Shown: positions 20,059-30,157, numbered from the stretch's first letter. The stretch is 64,000 nt of DNA from a bacterium (GCA_030429585.1 JAUIEU010000001.1:2147848-2211847); one strand, 5' to 3'. The notes: generated by a model not told the origin, from the letters alone. Numbers and translations are program-made.

Positions 20059-21621
20059 CTAGTGAAAGAGCTGACTAATCTGGGTATCGGCTTGGTATTG
20101 GCAGCCGTTGTAACGGTAGACGACTAAGGGCTCTTCTGGGTTGTTAGCAAACCGGCGTACCACCAATTCGGGTAGATTATCGTCGTTTAAGTCTTCAAAA
20201 ATGTAGGGGGCCTTGGGGGTTTCTACATCTGCTAAAATGGTGCCGTTTCGGCTAATGGCCATGCGGTAATGCTTGGGGGCCACGGGTTGGGTTGGGTCTA
20301 CATTGGGGGCTGTGGTGCCTCGTTGGGGCCACACGCGCACGGTTTCGTAGTTCCCTTTGCCATCGGCTTGCACGTACAGGGTGCGGCTAGCAGATTGCTT
20401 ATCTGTATCCGTTATTTTAATGGCGTTGCTAACGCAGGCCTTGGCGGGGGTAGGGCTGGTGATGGTTTCTGTTGCCGCCATCGCGGTAGAGGTGGTATCA
20501 ATTTGTGCCGGGCTATAGGCTAAGGAAACACTATTGCCGTAGGGCAATAACAGCATGGTAGGGTCGCTGGTAATGTGCTCGGTGTAGGCTTCTAGCGGCG
20601 AGAGTAGTTTAACGGTTTGCAGGTAGGCGGGCCAAAAACCAGGGGCAGGCCGTTGGCCGTGGGCGGTTACCGCATCCGTTAGCCGAAACATCGCATCTTG
20701 CTTGCGCTGATTAAGGGTGTTGGGGCTGGCTTTTTCTTGCCGTAAATCCACACCCACCTGGGCTAAGCCGTAGGCCAAATTGGTGTAGGGGCTTTGCAAT
20801 GCATCGTTGGCTTTGCGCAGGTAGTACAGGCCGCTTTGGTTATCGGTAAATAGCAGTTTGGCCAACCCTAGCGGAAACATACGGTAAGGGTCGGTATTGG
20901 CGGCTTGTTGGTGTTTTTGCAGGCCCACCAGCAACTCCATTTGCTCATCGCCATCCATGGTTAGGGCCGCCCTGCGAATAAGCTCTAGGTGAAGGCCCAA
21001 GCTTTTGTTGTCTTTAAATAAGGGTAGTAACGTTCTGGCCTTGGTCTCTGTCATATCCACGGGTATATCGGCGGCTTGGGTTGGTAGGCCTACCGTAATG
21101 TAAACCAGTGGGCTGCGGTCTTTAAACTGTGGGTCGGTAATGGCTGGTGCGGTTGCTATGGTCGCGGTGGTAGGGGTGTCTGGCACATTAATGTCGGCAG
21201 CAGGGGGTATGACGGTTTCATCCGGTGTAGGGGTGTTACCAATATCGATGGTGGCGTGGCCATCGGGGTCGCTGCTGGTTTCTGGGCTATCGGGTTCTAT
21301 CTCGGCAATGGGGGTGTCTGCCGGTTTGTTCTCATCTTCTACCGATAAAAAATTGGCGGGCCGTACAATGGCATCATCGGGCGAGGTTAGGCCGTCTACC
21401 ACGGTGTTGGCATGCTCCGTGGTTGCCTTTAGGGGGCCTTCTACGGCAATGTATTTAGTGCCGTTGCTAGAGGAGCTGTTAGCGGGTGTTGGCGCCGCGG
21501 GCACAGGGGGGCTGGCCAAGCTTAGGGGGGTTAATGTGGGGGCAACCATGGCAACGGTCATGGCGAGTAGTACACCACCAAACACTAACTTGTTTCCAAA
21601 AACAGGTTGAATTTTGCCCAT
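20059..21621 (-). CDS. Secreted hypothetical protein with a Pro/Thr-rich N-terminal region
   Basis: Signal peptide 'VFGGVLLAMTVAMVAP' and a PT-rich tract ('NTPTPDETVIPPAADINVPDTPTTATIATAPAITDPQ'). No recognisable domain. Same strand as, and immediately downstream of, the GT-C gene. Confidence 0.55.
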   Translation of the reverse strand: MGKIQPVFGNKLVFGGVLLAMTVAMVAPTLTPLSLASPPVPAAPTPANSSSSNGTKYIAVEGPLKATTEHANTVVDGLTSPDDAIVRPANFLSVEDENKPADTPIAEIEPDSPETSSDPDGHATIDIGNTPTPDETVIPPAADINVPDTPTTATIATAPAITDPQFKDRSPLVYITVGLPTQAADIPVDMTETKARTLLPLFKDNKSLGLHLELIRRAALTMDGDEQMELLVGLQKHQQAANTDPYRMFPLGLAKLLFTDNQSGLYYLRKANDALQSPYTNLAYGLAQVGVDLRQEKASPNTLNQRKQDAMFRLTDAVTAHGQRPAPGFWPAYLQTVKLLSPLEAYTEHITSDPTMLLLPYGNSVSLAYSPAQIDTTSTAMAATETITSPTPAKACVSNAIKITDTDKQSASRTLYVQADGKGNYETVRVWPQRGTTAPNVDPTQPVAPKHYRMAISRNGTILADVETPKAPYIFEDLNDDNLPELVVRRFANNPEEPLVVYRYNGCQYQADTQISQLFH

Positions 21622-21723
21622 TGCGCTATCCCCTACAGTGATTTAATAACATGGTTATACGGTTTATTGTAGCGGATCCTGCCTAAAACGTGTACCGGGT
21701 AAGCCGTGTAAAACTGGCTATTG

Positions 21724-23370
21724 TTACGGTTGCTTGTGGGTGTATATTACCCAGCGGTGGTTAGGGCCAGCCTTTGTGGCGATAGGGTGGGTGCGACGAA
21801 TGGCTTGCAGTAGGGTATCTAGGCCGCGCTCGTTGCCGCCCCGGTACCGAAACAACCACAGGCTATCGTGTTTTTTTAATTGGTGGGCGGTAGGGGGTAA
21901 CAGGGGGTGCTGGCGGTAGGGTGATACATAATACTGGATAAGGGCGTTTGGTCGGGTTTTTGCCAAATAATAGGCCAACGATAAGGGTGCGGCCAGCGGG
22001 CCATTGGCCAGGATGAGGTGATGAGTGCCTAAGTGTTGGCTGGCAAAGGTGGCCATGCCACGCACAGGGAATTTGCCCCGATAGTGGAGGGGGGTACCAG
22101 GCATCACTGTGCCAATCCCTACCACAATCAGCAGGCAATACAGCAATACGGCGCCTGTGTTTGTTAGTGCGGGGGTGTGGGCATAAAGCCGCTGGCACAG
22201 TAGGGCTAGCCCAGTGCCGGTAAGCAATACAATGGGTAAACTCATCAGCATGCCATAACGAATAATGGTGCTGGTGTGGGTGCCGCGTACCACATCGCTA
22301 CCAATAATGGACAGTAAGGGTAACCAAGCCCAGGCCGCTACAAAGCCAACCCAGGGGCGGGTGTTGGTGTTTTTTATACCTAACCATAGGCTGGCCAGTA
22401 CCCCTATTGTGGTTAAGGGGATAAGAACAACTTTAGCCCACAGGTTACTGCCGGCCATCACCATCCAGGGCTCCCAAAACAGCATGGTGATATAACGGAT
22501 AGGCTTTAGCAGCCCGATGGAAAAATGTTGGCCGCCGCTAAGGGTGGGGGCGGCTTGTTGTACGGTAAGCATGGGTAACCACAGCCACAGAGCTGCTGTA
22601 AAAACAACACCACTGCCAATTAGCCAACCCCATTGCGCACGCGTCCAGCGGGGTTGTTTGGGTTGGGCTTGTCTTATAAGGGCCCAGCCCCATACCGCGG
22701 CATGGAACACCCCTTGGAACCAAAACACATAGTGGCAAAACAGCCCACTTAGTGTGCTAACCGCATAGGTAAGCCACCACCGTTTGTTGCTAGACCCTTG
22801 CACCCCCACCTGCCATAACGAGAGCCCACTTAAGGCGGCAAGGTATAGGGCCAGTGTGTACATGCGGCCTTCTTGGGCATAAATAAGCTGGAATGGATTA
22901 CAGACTGCAATAATCGCCACCCAAACCCATGCTTGTTGCCACCATGGGGTAGCGGTTTTTTGTGGCAATTGGCGGGCCAATAACACCAGCGGCACGAACA
23001 GCAGCACGCTCCATACCACGGCAAAGGCGCGCAGGCTAACCTCAGAAACCCCAAACGCGGTTAGCCAGGGGTGCAATAATAGGTAGTACAGGGGCAAATG
23101 CACGTTGGTTTTTAGCATGGCTAGCGTGTTATGCAGGCTAAACGGTTGCCAGCCGAGCAAGCTGTCTACCCATTGCTGGGCGGTTAAGGGCTCTGTGGGT
23201 AAGGTGGTTGGGTAGCCGTGGCCCATGGCTACCAGGATGGAGTTAATCTCGTCCAGCCAAAAAGGTTCGCTGCCTAAGCCCACCCACCGAAGGGCAGCGG
23301 CCACTACCAGCAAGGCAACCCACCCCCATAAGGGCCATTGTTTTTGGGGTGTTGGTGTAGCGGCTTCCAT
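21724..23370 (-). CDS. GT-C fold membrane glycosyltransferase (PMT/ArnT-like, GT39/GT83 family)
   Basis: About 12 predicted TM segments. N-terminal loop 'FWLDEINSILVAMG' (the DE motif), then 'NVHLPLYYLLLHPWLTAFGVSEVSLRAFAVVWSVL', which matches the family pattern. Confidence 0.7.
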   Translation of the reverse strand: MEAATPTPQKQWPLWGWVALLVVAAALRWVGLGSEPFWLDEINSILVAMGHGYPTTLPTEPLTAQQWVDSLLGWQPFSLHNTLAMLKTNVHLPLYYLLLHPWLTAFGVSEVSLRAFAVVWSVLLFVPLVLLARQLPQKTATPWWQQAWVWVAIIAVCNPFQLIYAQEGRMYTLALYLAALSGLSLWQVGVQGSSNKRWWLTYAVSTLSGLFCHYVFWFQGVFHAAVWGWALIRQAQPKQPRWTRAQWGWLIGSGVVFTAALWLWLPMLTVQQAAPTLSGGQHFSIGLLKPIRYITMLFWEPWMVMAGSNLWAKVVLIPLTTIGVLASLWLGIKNTNTRPWVGFVAAWAWLPLLSIIGSDVVRGTHTSTIIRYGMLMSLPIVLLTGTGLALLCQRLYAHTPALTNTGAVLLYCLLIVVGIGTVMPGTPLHYRGKFPVRGMATFASQHLGTHHLILANGPLAAPLSLAYYLAKTRPNALIQYYVSPYRQHPLLPPTAHQLKKHDSLWLFRYRGGNERGLDTLLQAIRRTHPIATKAGPNHRWVIYTHKQP

Positions 23371-23372
23371 GG

Positions 23373-24116
23373 CTAAGCAGGTAGCTGTTGGGCGCGCTGG
23401 TGGGCAGCGTATTCGGTTTTGTCACATAGGGGCGGTAAGGTTAAGTCGGTATCGCCATTGGCGGCATGGTGCAGGGCCAAGGTAAGGAGCTCATCGGCAA
23501 AGGCGGGGTTTTTAGGCAGTAGTGCCCCATGCAAATAGGTGCCATACACCGTGCCGCTTACGGCACCTTCGTCGCCGCTTTGGCCGTTGTTGCCATGGCC
23601 GGTAATCACCTGGCCAAGGGGCCTTGCGTTATCCCCCAAAAAGGTTTGCCCGCTGTGGTTTTCAAACCCTACAAGGGTTTGTTTGTTGGCACGTTCAATC
23701 ACCACATTGCCAATTAGGCGTTGTTCGCCGCCCACGGTGTGGCAGTCTAGCAGGCCAATGCCTGGGATGCGTTCGCCACCGATGGGGTCGAAGGTGTGGC
23801 CAAATAGTTGGTAGCCGCCACACACGCCTAAAATAGGGGTTTTAGCCTCTGCCGCTTTATGTAAGGCATCGGCCTTGGTGTGGATAAGATCGTCGCACAC
23901 AAGGTGTTGTTGGGCGTCTTGGCCGCCCCCCATAAATAGCAGGTCAACCGTGTTGGGGTCTAACGTATCCCCAATACTAATATCCGTTACGGTTACCGGG
24001 ATACCCCGCCATTGGCAGCGTTGCACTAGGGCCAATATATTGCCACGGTCGCCGTACAGGTTCATCAGTTCTGGGTACAGGTGGCCTATGCGAATGGTGG
24101 GGAGAGAAGAGGTCAT
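23373..24116 (-). CDS. GatD-like CobB/CobQ-type glutamine amidotransferase
   Basis: 'GVCGGYQLFGHTFD', 'GFENHSGQTF' and 'GTYLHGALLPKNPAF' closely match GatD, the lipid II isoglutaminyl synthase GATase subunit. There is a 2-nt gap to the GT-C gene. Confidence 0.8.
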   Translation of the reverse strand: MTSSLPTIRIGHLYPELMNLYGDRGNILALVQRCQWRGIPVTVTDISIGDTLDPNTVDLLFMGGGQDAQQHLVCDDLIHTKADALHKAAEAKTPILGVCGGYQLFGHTFDPIGGERIPGIGLLDCHTVGGEQRLIGNVVIERANKQTLVGFENHSGQTFLGDNARPLGQVITGHGNNGQSGDEGAVSGTVYGTYLHGALLPKNPAFADELLTLALHHAANGDTDLTLPPLCDKTEYAAHQRAQQLPA

Positions 24117-24251
24117 CTGGTTATTTTAAGGAGAAAACGCTGTGGGTTACAGTTCCGCACTATTGTGTAGATGCAGCCTTGCTATGGCAGGGTGCTTTCT
24201 CTATGATGGCGAGGTTTTGGGCGCAGTGGCGCCACTCAATAAAAAGGATGC

Positions 24252-25628
24252 GTGCCAATGCCCAATGTAATTGTTGTGGGTGCCCAGTGGGGCGATGAAG
24301 GTAAGGCCAAAGTGGTGGACTTACTGGCGGAGCATGCCGATGTGGTGGTGCGCTGCCAAGGCGGCTGCAATGCGGGGCATACCGTAAAACATGCGGGCGA
24401 AACCTATAAATTCCACCTTATCCCGAGTGGGTTGCTGTACGGCAATAAAACCTGTGTTATTGGCCCTGGCACGGTGATTGACCCAGACGTGCTGCTAGGC
24501 GAAATGGCAGACCTTCAAAAACGTGGCATTTCCATGGATGGGTTGCATATTAGCCACCGAGCCCACGTTACCCTGCCTTTCCATCGCGAGTTGGATGGGG
24601 CGGTAGAGCAACTGCGCCAAAAGGCAGAAAACGATACAGGCAAAAATGCCTGTGGTGGCCAAATTGGTACCACCAAAAAAGGGATTGGCCCCACGTATAT
24701 GGATAAAGTGGGTCGCTTTGGCGTTCGGCTGGTAGATATTTTGGAACCCACTGAACCATTATCTGCCCGGTTGCAGCAAATTTTAGATTTTAGGGGCGAT
24801 ACCATGCAGGCCCAAGGCGTCACCCCGCCAAGCTTGGATGACTTGCTGGCCCATTGCCAACGTGTGGCTAAAGAATTAAAACCCTACATTACCGATACCA
24901 CCCCCTTGTTGTATAAGGTGGCTAAACAAGGCAAGCAGCTGTTGTTTGAAGGCGCCCAGGGCACCTTGCTAGACGTGGACCATGGTACCTATCCTTTTGT
25001 AACGAGTAGCAATGCCACAGCAGGCGGCGCTTGTACCGGTAGTGGCGTAGGCCCAACCAAAATGGACCACACAATTGGCGTGATGAAAGCCTATACCACC
25101 CGTGTGGGCGAAGGGCCCTTCCCTACGGAGTTGACGGATAGCGTGGGGCAGCATTTGCAAACTGTGGGCGCCGAATTTGGTACCACCACAGGCCGCACCC
25201 GCCGCTGCGGTTGGTTTGATGGCGTGATGGCCCACTACAGCGTGATGGTTAATGGGCTGGATAGTGTGGCCCTAACCAAGCTGGATGTGCTGGATGGGTT
25301 GGATGAGATTAAACTATGCACGGGCTACACCTTACCCAATGGCGATGTGATTGAAGGCTTCCCGGCGACGGTAAGGCAGTTGGCTAGCGTAACCCCAGTA
25401 TACGACACCATGCCAGGTTGGCCCGGTGAAAAAACCGAAGGTGTGCTGACTTGGGATGGTTTACCCACCAATGCTAAGGCTTTTGTAGAACGGCTAGAGG
25501 CCCTGATGCAGTGCCCGGTAAGCATGGTTAGTGTAGGCCCAGAGCGTACGGCTACCATTACTCGCCAACCCCTAGTGGCTGGCATGGCGGTTGCCACTGG
25601 CGAACCCTTGCAGCCGGTGACCTGCTAA
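24252..25628 (+). CDS. purA: Adenylosuccinate synthetase
   Basis: 'VVGAQWGDEGKAKVVD' P-loop and 'GTTKKGIGP' motifs. Slightly long C-terminus. Confidence 0.9.
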   Translation: MPMPNVIVVGAQWGDEGKAKVVDLLAEHADVVVRCQGGCNAGHTVKHAGETYKFHLIPSGLLYGNKTCVIGPGTVIDPDVLLGEMADLQKRGISMDGLHISHRAHVTLPFHRELDGAVEQLRQKAENDTGKNACGGQIGTTKKGIGPTYMDKVGRFGVRLVDILEPTEPLSARLQQILDFRGDTMQAQGVTPPSLDDLLAHCQRVAKELKPYITDTTPLLYKVAKQGKQLLFEGAQGTLLDVDHGTYPFVTSSNATAGGACTGSGVGPTKMDHTIGVMKAYTTRVGEGPFPTELTDSVGQHLQTVGAEFGTTTGRTRRCGWFDGVMAHYSVMVNGLDSVALTKLDVLDGLDEIKLCTGYTLPNGDVIEGFPATVRQLASVTPVYDTMPGWPGEKTEGVLTWDGLPTNAKAFVERLEALMQCPVSMVSVGPERTATITRQPLVAGMAVATGEPLQPVTC

Positions 25629-25677
25629 CTAAACCTGGCTAGGCTTGGTTTTGGTGCAAGCGCAATGCTGCTTTGGC

Positions 25678-26871
25678 TTAAATCAAGCTTAATTCGTTGC
25701 CTAGCTTGGCAAAAATAGCCAGGGCTTTGTCCATGTGGGCTTTGGTGTGGGCGGCACTCATCATTAGGCGCACACGGGCTTTATCTTTAGCCACGGTGGG
25801 GAACACAATGGCGCGGGCAAACACACCTTCGTCAAACAAGCGCTTGCTTAAGGTTTGGGCAGTAGCGCTTTCGCCTACAATCACTGGCAAAATCGGCGAA
25901 TCGCTCACAATATTGTAGCCCAGCTTGTTCATTTCGGTTTTAAAGTAAGTGGCGTTATCCCACAGTTGTTTTACTAGGCTATTATCCGCCATTAGCAGCT
26001 CTACCGCCGCTTGGGCAGCCGCCACCACGCCAGGGGGGTGGGGGGTGCTAAACAGCATGGGGCGGCCTTTGTTAATCATCAAATCACGCATGGCTTGGGT
26101 GCTGGCCACATAGCCACCCATGCCCCCTAGGGCTTTGCTTAAGGTGCCCACCACAATATCCACGCGTCCGTGTAAATCAAAATGGGCCACGGTGCCTTCG
26201 CCGTTGGGGCCAAACACGCCGCTGCCATGGGCGTCATCCACCATGCAAATCGCATCGTATTTTTCGCATAGTGCCACAATTTCTGGCAGTTTCGCCACGT
26301 CTCCGTCCATGCTAAACACGCCATCGGTTACTACCAAGCGGCGGTTATGGGTTTGGGCCTCTTGTAGCACGGATTCCAGCTCCGCCATATCGCTGTGGGC
26401 GTACAACCTTTTATCCGCTTTGTTTAAGCGCACCGCATCAATAATGCTGGCATGGTTTAGGGCATCGCTAATAATCACGTCGCCTTTGGCCATAATGCTG
26501 TTAATGGCGCCTGCATTGGCGGTAAAGCCGGATTGGTACACCAAGGTGGCTTCGCACTCTTTAAATTTGGCCAAGGTTTTTTCCAAGGATTGATGAGCTT
26601 CCATAGTGCCAATAATGGTGCGCACCGCCCCAGCGCCGACGCCTAATTGTTGGGTAGCCTTTACAGAAGCTTCCACCAGCTTGGGGTGGTTACATAGGCC
26701 TAGATAGTTGTTGGCGCTGAAGTTCAGGCACTCTTTGCCGTCCACGGTAATCTCCGGCCCCTGCTCACCGCTGACCGTTACCAGTTCTTGGTACAGGTGC
26801 TGATCTTTAAGGTCTTGGAGCATGTCATCAATAAAGTTGAGGCGTTGGGAATGTTGAGTGGCAGTGGTCAT
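25678..26871 (-). CDS. kbl: 2-amino-3-ketobutyrate CoA ligase (glycine C-acetyltransferase)
   Basis: Class II PLP aminotransferase fold with a PLP-binding lysine context, sitting in an operon with tdh. I set the start at the ATG at 26869-26871 to avoid overlapping the upstream gene. The track ORF extends to 26979. Confidence 0.9.
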   Translation of the reverse strand: MTTATQHSQRLNFIDDMLQDLKDQHLYQELVTVSGEQGPEITVDGKECLNFSANNYLGLCNHPKLVEASVKATQQLGVGAGAVRTIIGTMEAHQSLEKTLAKFKECEATLVYQSGFTANAGAINSIMAKGDVIISDALNHASIIDAVRLNKADKRLYAHSDMAELESVLQEAQTHNRRLVVTDGVFSMDGDVAKLPEIVALCEKYDAICMVDDAHGSGVFGPNGEGTVAHFDLHGRVDIVVGTLSKALGGMGGYVASTQAMRDLMINKGRPMLFSTPHPPGVVAAAQAAVELLMADNSLVKQLWDNATYFKTEMNKLGYNIVSDSPILPVIVGESATAQTLSKRLFDEGVFARAIVFPTVAKDKARVRLMMSAAHTKAHMDKALAIFAKLGNELSLI

Positions 26872-26923
26872 CAATAATGTTTCCTGTTTGTAGGTAGAGG
26901 GATAAGGCTGTGAGGCACCTTTT

Positions 26924-27382
26924 TTAGTCTTGTGGTAGAAAAGACTGTTTAAAGGTAAACGCAAAAGGGGTAGGGCCATGTTGTTCGATGTGTTGAAGTC
27001 GTTTTTTTGCTTCTGCGATAGAAGGTGTATGCCCTTTTTTAACCCACCACATTGCCATATGCGGCGACCCTAATGGTTCAAACCATTGGCTGCGTTGAGA
27101 CAGTAGCTCAACATGGCTAGTGTGATAAACATACTGATGGAAGTCATCAATGGTTTCCCACACCGACATATTAACGATGATTAACGGATCCTCGCTCCAA
27201 GTAAACTCTGTTGCGTTATTGTTTTCGCCAATTAGCCGCCAAACAAACCCTGGATGTTTGTCAGCCAGGTCATTAATTTCATCTAACCGATCAACAAACC
27301 CCTTTAGGGGAGGGGTATCCAAGGGTGCAATCGCTTTGGAGATATTGACTTGAGCGAGATGGTATTTAGATGGGTGGGGCAT
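26924..27382 (-). CDS. DUF3291-like small protein
   Basis: 152 aa with 'HPGFVWRL' and 'MAMWWV' motifs reminiscent of DUF3291. It lies between tdh and kbl. Confidence 0.5.
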   Translation of the reverse strand: MPHPSKYHLAQVNISKAIAPLDTPPLKGFVDRLDEINDLADKHPGFVWRLIGENNNATEFTWSEDPLIIVNMSVWETIDDFHQYVYHTSHVELLSQRSQWFEPLGSPHMAMWWVKKGHTPSIAEAKKRLQHIEQHGPTPFAFTFKQSFLPQD

Positions 27383-27401
27383 GTTTTGTTTAGGTTCTAT
27401 G

Positions 27402-28448
27402 CTATGGCGTTAGGATGATTTTGCCCGCCTTGCCAGATTTAGCGATGTCCATGGCCTCGCCAAACTGAGATAGGGGGAAGTGGTGGGTCAGCACAAAATC
27501 AATATCCACTTTGCCGCTGGCCAACAGGTCTAGCATAATATCCCAGGTGCGGAAAATTTCTCGCCCGTTGACGCCAATAAGCCGCGTGCTTTTAAAAATA
27601 ACGTCGCGGTTTAAATCCAGTTCAATGGGCTCTGGCGGAATACCTAAGCACACCATACTGCCCCCGTGGGATAGGGTTTTAAAGGCGGTGGTAATGGCGC
27701 GGGCATTACCGCTCATTTCCAGTACCACGTCCACGCCTTTGCCATCCGTGGCTTGATGAATCGCCTCATCAATATTGGTGTCCCCATCCATATCTGAGGG
27801 ATTCCACACAAAATCCGGGTGGGCTTGTTTGGCCAGTTCCAGCCGGTATGGGGCCACATCCGCGGCAAACACTTGGGTGGCGCCTAGGGCCTTGGCCACA
27901 GGTATGCTGTACAGCCCAATGGGCCCGCAGCCAGAAATAAACACGGACTTACCCGTTAAATCCACTTGGGTGGCCGCATGCACCGCGTTGCCAATGCTGT
28001 CTAAACAAGCGCCTACTTCCGGGGTAATGCTGTCGGGTAATTCGACGCACTGCCATTGGGGTAGCACCACGTATTTGGCAAAACAACCGGGGGCGTCCAC
28101 GCCGTAAATCACGTGGGTGTCTTCAAATTGTGGGCCGGCACCGTTGCCGCTGGGGGTCATTTTTACATGGTGCATTTCGGCGGATACGTAATCGCCTTCC
28201 GCCACATGGGTAACGCCTGGGCCAACGGATTCGATAATGCCGCAAAATTCGTGGCCATAAATCATGGGGGGCTTAATGCGGCCTGCGCTCCACTCATCCC
28301 AGTTGGTAATATGCACGTCTGTGCCGCAAATGCTGGTTTTTAACACTTTAATGCGCACGTCGCCTTCGCCGGGCGTGGGTACAGGGGCATCAATGAGTTT
28401 AAAACCTTCGCCGGCATGGTGTTTTTGAATGGCTTGCATGGTGGTCAT
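27402..28448 (-). CDS. tdh: L-threonine 3-dehydrogenase (zinc-dependent MDR family)
   Basis: 'ICGTDVHI' catalytic zinc motif and a GxGxxG NAD site, with kbl nearby. Confidence 0.9.
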   Translation of the reverse strand: MTTMQAIQKHHAGEGFKLIDAPVPTPGEGDVRIKVLKTSICGTDVHITNWDEWSAGRIKPPMIYGHEFCGIIESVGPGVTHVAEGDYVSAEMHHVKMTPSGNGAGPQFEDTHVIYGVDAPGCFAKYVVLPQWQCVELPDSITPEVGACLDSIGNAVHAATQVDLTGKSVFISGCGPIGLYSIPVAKALGATQVFAADVAPYRLELAKQAHPDFVWNPSDMDGDTNIDEAIHQATDGKGVDVVLEMSGNARAITTAFKTLSHGGSMVCLGIPPEPIELDLNRDVIFKSTRLIGVNGREIFRTWDIMLDLLASGKVDIDFVLTHHFPLSQFGEAMDIAKSGKAGKIILTP

Positions 28449-28559
28449 GGGCAGGGGGTAAATCCAACATTATTAAAAAGGGGAAGAAATAAAGGCCCAT
28501 GCTACCATTAACACAGGCTACATGCCTGCCAGGGGTGCGCCTTGACCTGGGGCGTTCGG

Positions 28560-29090
28560 TTATTTGCCTTCGCCCATTTGAGACTTTTCTGGCTCGGCAA
28601 TGGCGGTAAAGGTAAGGGGGTCGGCAAAGGTAACGTCGTCGCGTTTTCGGGTCTCTTCCGCCTCTTCGTTTCGCTCGCCCTTGGCGCGTTTGTCGTTGCT
28701 AAAAAAGAACCCCAGCAAATTGCCGACTGCCCGCGCTAAAAAATTAGGTGATTGTTGTAACCCCTGGGCAAGCTGGGCCCCGGCTTGGGCTAGTTGCTGG
28801 CCAAGTTGTTGAGGCAGCTGTAATAAGCGCCTCCCTGCTAGGCGGGCTAAAAAAACCGTGTTGGCCACCGGCCGGGCAAGGGTGTGCAATAATGCATTTG
28901 CCTGGGTGGTTTGAGTAGCGGTGGCCTGCCGGGTGGCGTTGTTTATTAGTTGGCCGCGGGTCAGCAGTTCGGTGGCATCGCGCTTAACGCGGGTGCCGGA
29001 TTTCTCTTGGGCCATGGCTTCCGCCAGGCTACCTTTGTTCACGTAGCCGCGGCCTTCGCAATATTGCACGTGCTGAAAAATGTTGACCAT
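28560..29090 (-). CDS. Hypothetical protein (Q/A-rich, 176 aa)
   Basis: ORF only. No recognisable domain. Confidence 0.4.
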   Translation of the reverse strand: MVNIFQHVQYCEGRGYVNKGSLAEAMAQEKSGTRVKRDATELLTRGQLINNATRQATATQTTQANALLHTLARPVANTVFLARLAGRRLLQLPQQLGQQLAQAGAQLAQGLQQSPNFLARAVGNLLGFFFSNDKRAKGERNEEAEETRKRDDVTFADPLTFTAIAEPEKSQMGEGK

Positions 29091-29270
29091 ACGATTCGGG
29101 ATAAGACGTTTCTATAAATAAAGACAATGCTTAACCTACCATAAATTACCCAGCAAAAATTAAACAAATAAGTATTGTGGGCTAATTGTGGGTAGGTGCT
29201 ACTGATTACACAAGCCCACTGAAAAGGGGTAATTGCCTGTTATAGCAAGGTAAATTAATGCTACGCAACA

Positions 29271-29301
29271 AAAAAGCGCTGTGATATCACAGCGCTTTTT
29301 T
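29271..29301. terminator. Bidirectional rho-independent terminator immediately downstream of rplO
   Basis: Perfect palindrome aaaaaAGCGCTGTGAtaTCACAGCGCTttttt with A/T runs on both sides. Confidence 0.65.
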
Positions 29302-29332
29302 AGAAAGAGTTGAAAACCAGAGAAACCGTGGG

Positions 29333-29839
29333 TTAGTCAATCAGCTGGATGCTGCCACCGGCGCCTTCAATTTTTTCTTTGGCGCTAGCGGTTGCATGGT
29401 GGGCTTCGATGGAAAGCTTTTTAGGGGCATCGCCATTACCGAGCACCCGTAACCCTTCGTGGCGGCGTAGTAACAGGCCGTGCTCGATGAGCAAATCATA
29501 GGTGATTTTATCGGTATCGGGGAATAGACGGCTAAGGTCTTCCAGGTTTAGTTCTAGGTAGGTTTTGCGGTTGTACTGGCGGAAACCATCCAACTTTGGC
29601 ACCCGGCGGTACAGAGGCATTTGGCCGCCTTCAAACCCACGTTTGCGAGAGTAGCCAGAGCGACATTTTTGCCCACGGTGACCGCGGTTACAGGTTTTAC
29701 CAGCACCGCTACCGTGGCCACGGCCAACGCGCAGTTTAACTTTGCGAGAACCGGGTTCTGGGCTGAGGTTATCGAGTGAAGGAGCCGGTTGGGCGTTATC
29801 AGTATCAATGGCAGGTTGAGATTTTTTGGTTGCAGCCAT
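29333..29839 (-). CDS. rplO: 50S ribosomal protein L15
   Basis: 'RVGRGHGSGAGKTCNRGHRGQKCRSG' L15 glycine-rich motif. Confidence 0.9.
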   Translation of the reverse strand: MAATKKSQPAIDTDNAQPAPSLDNLSPEPGSRKVKLRVGRGHGSGAGKTCNRGHRGQKCRSGYSRKRGFEGGQMPLYRRVPKLDGFRQYNRKTYLELNLEDLSRLFPDTDKITYDLLIEHGLLLRRHEGLRVLGNGDAPKKLSIEAHHATASAKEKIEGAGGSIQLID

Positions 29840-29908
29840 GGTGGCAATCCTTTTTTTCTAAAGCAGGTTTGAGTGAATAATTTACATTAAGCAGAGAGGG
29901 GTTGGGGG

Positions 29909-30157
29909 TTAGCCGTCAATCCGCTCTACGGTAATTAGGTGAGGGATTTTTTTAAGCATGCCCTGGATGATAGGGGTATCAGCCACATCCACGCTACGGT
30001 GGGTGCGGGTTAAGCCTAAAGATTGAACCACACGCTTGTGCTTTTCAGGGCGGCCAATCACGCTGCGGTTTAGGGTAACGCGCAGTTGCTTGGTTTGAGC
30101 GGCAGCGGCCTTTTTAGCAGGCTTTTTGGTGGTTTTATCAGCAGTTTCGGGTGCCAT
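29909..30157 (-). CDS. rpmD: 50S ribosomal protein L30
   Basis: 'LRVTLNRSVIGRPEKHKRVVQSLGL' L30 motif. Confidence 0.85.
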   Translation of the reverse strand: MAPETADKTTKKPAKKAAAAQTKQLRVTLNRSVIGRPEKHKRVVQSLGLTRTHRSVDVADTPIIQGMLKKIPHLITVERIDG

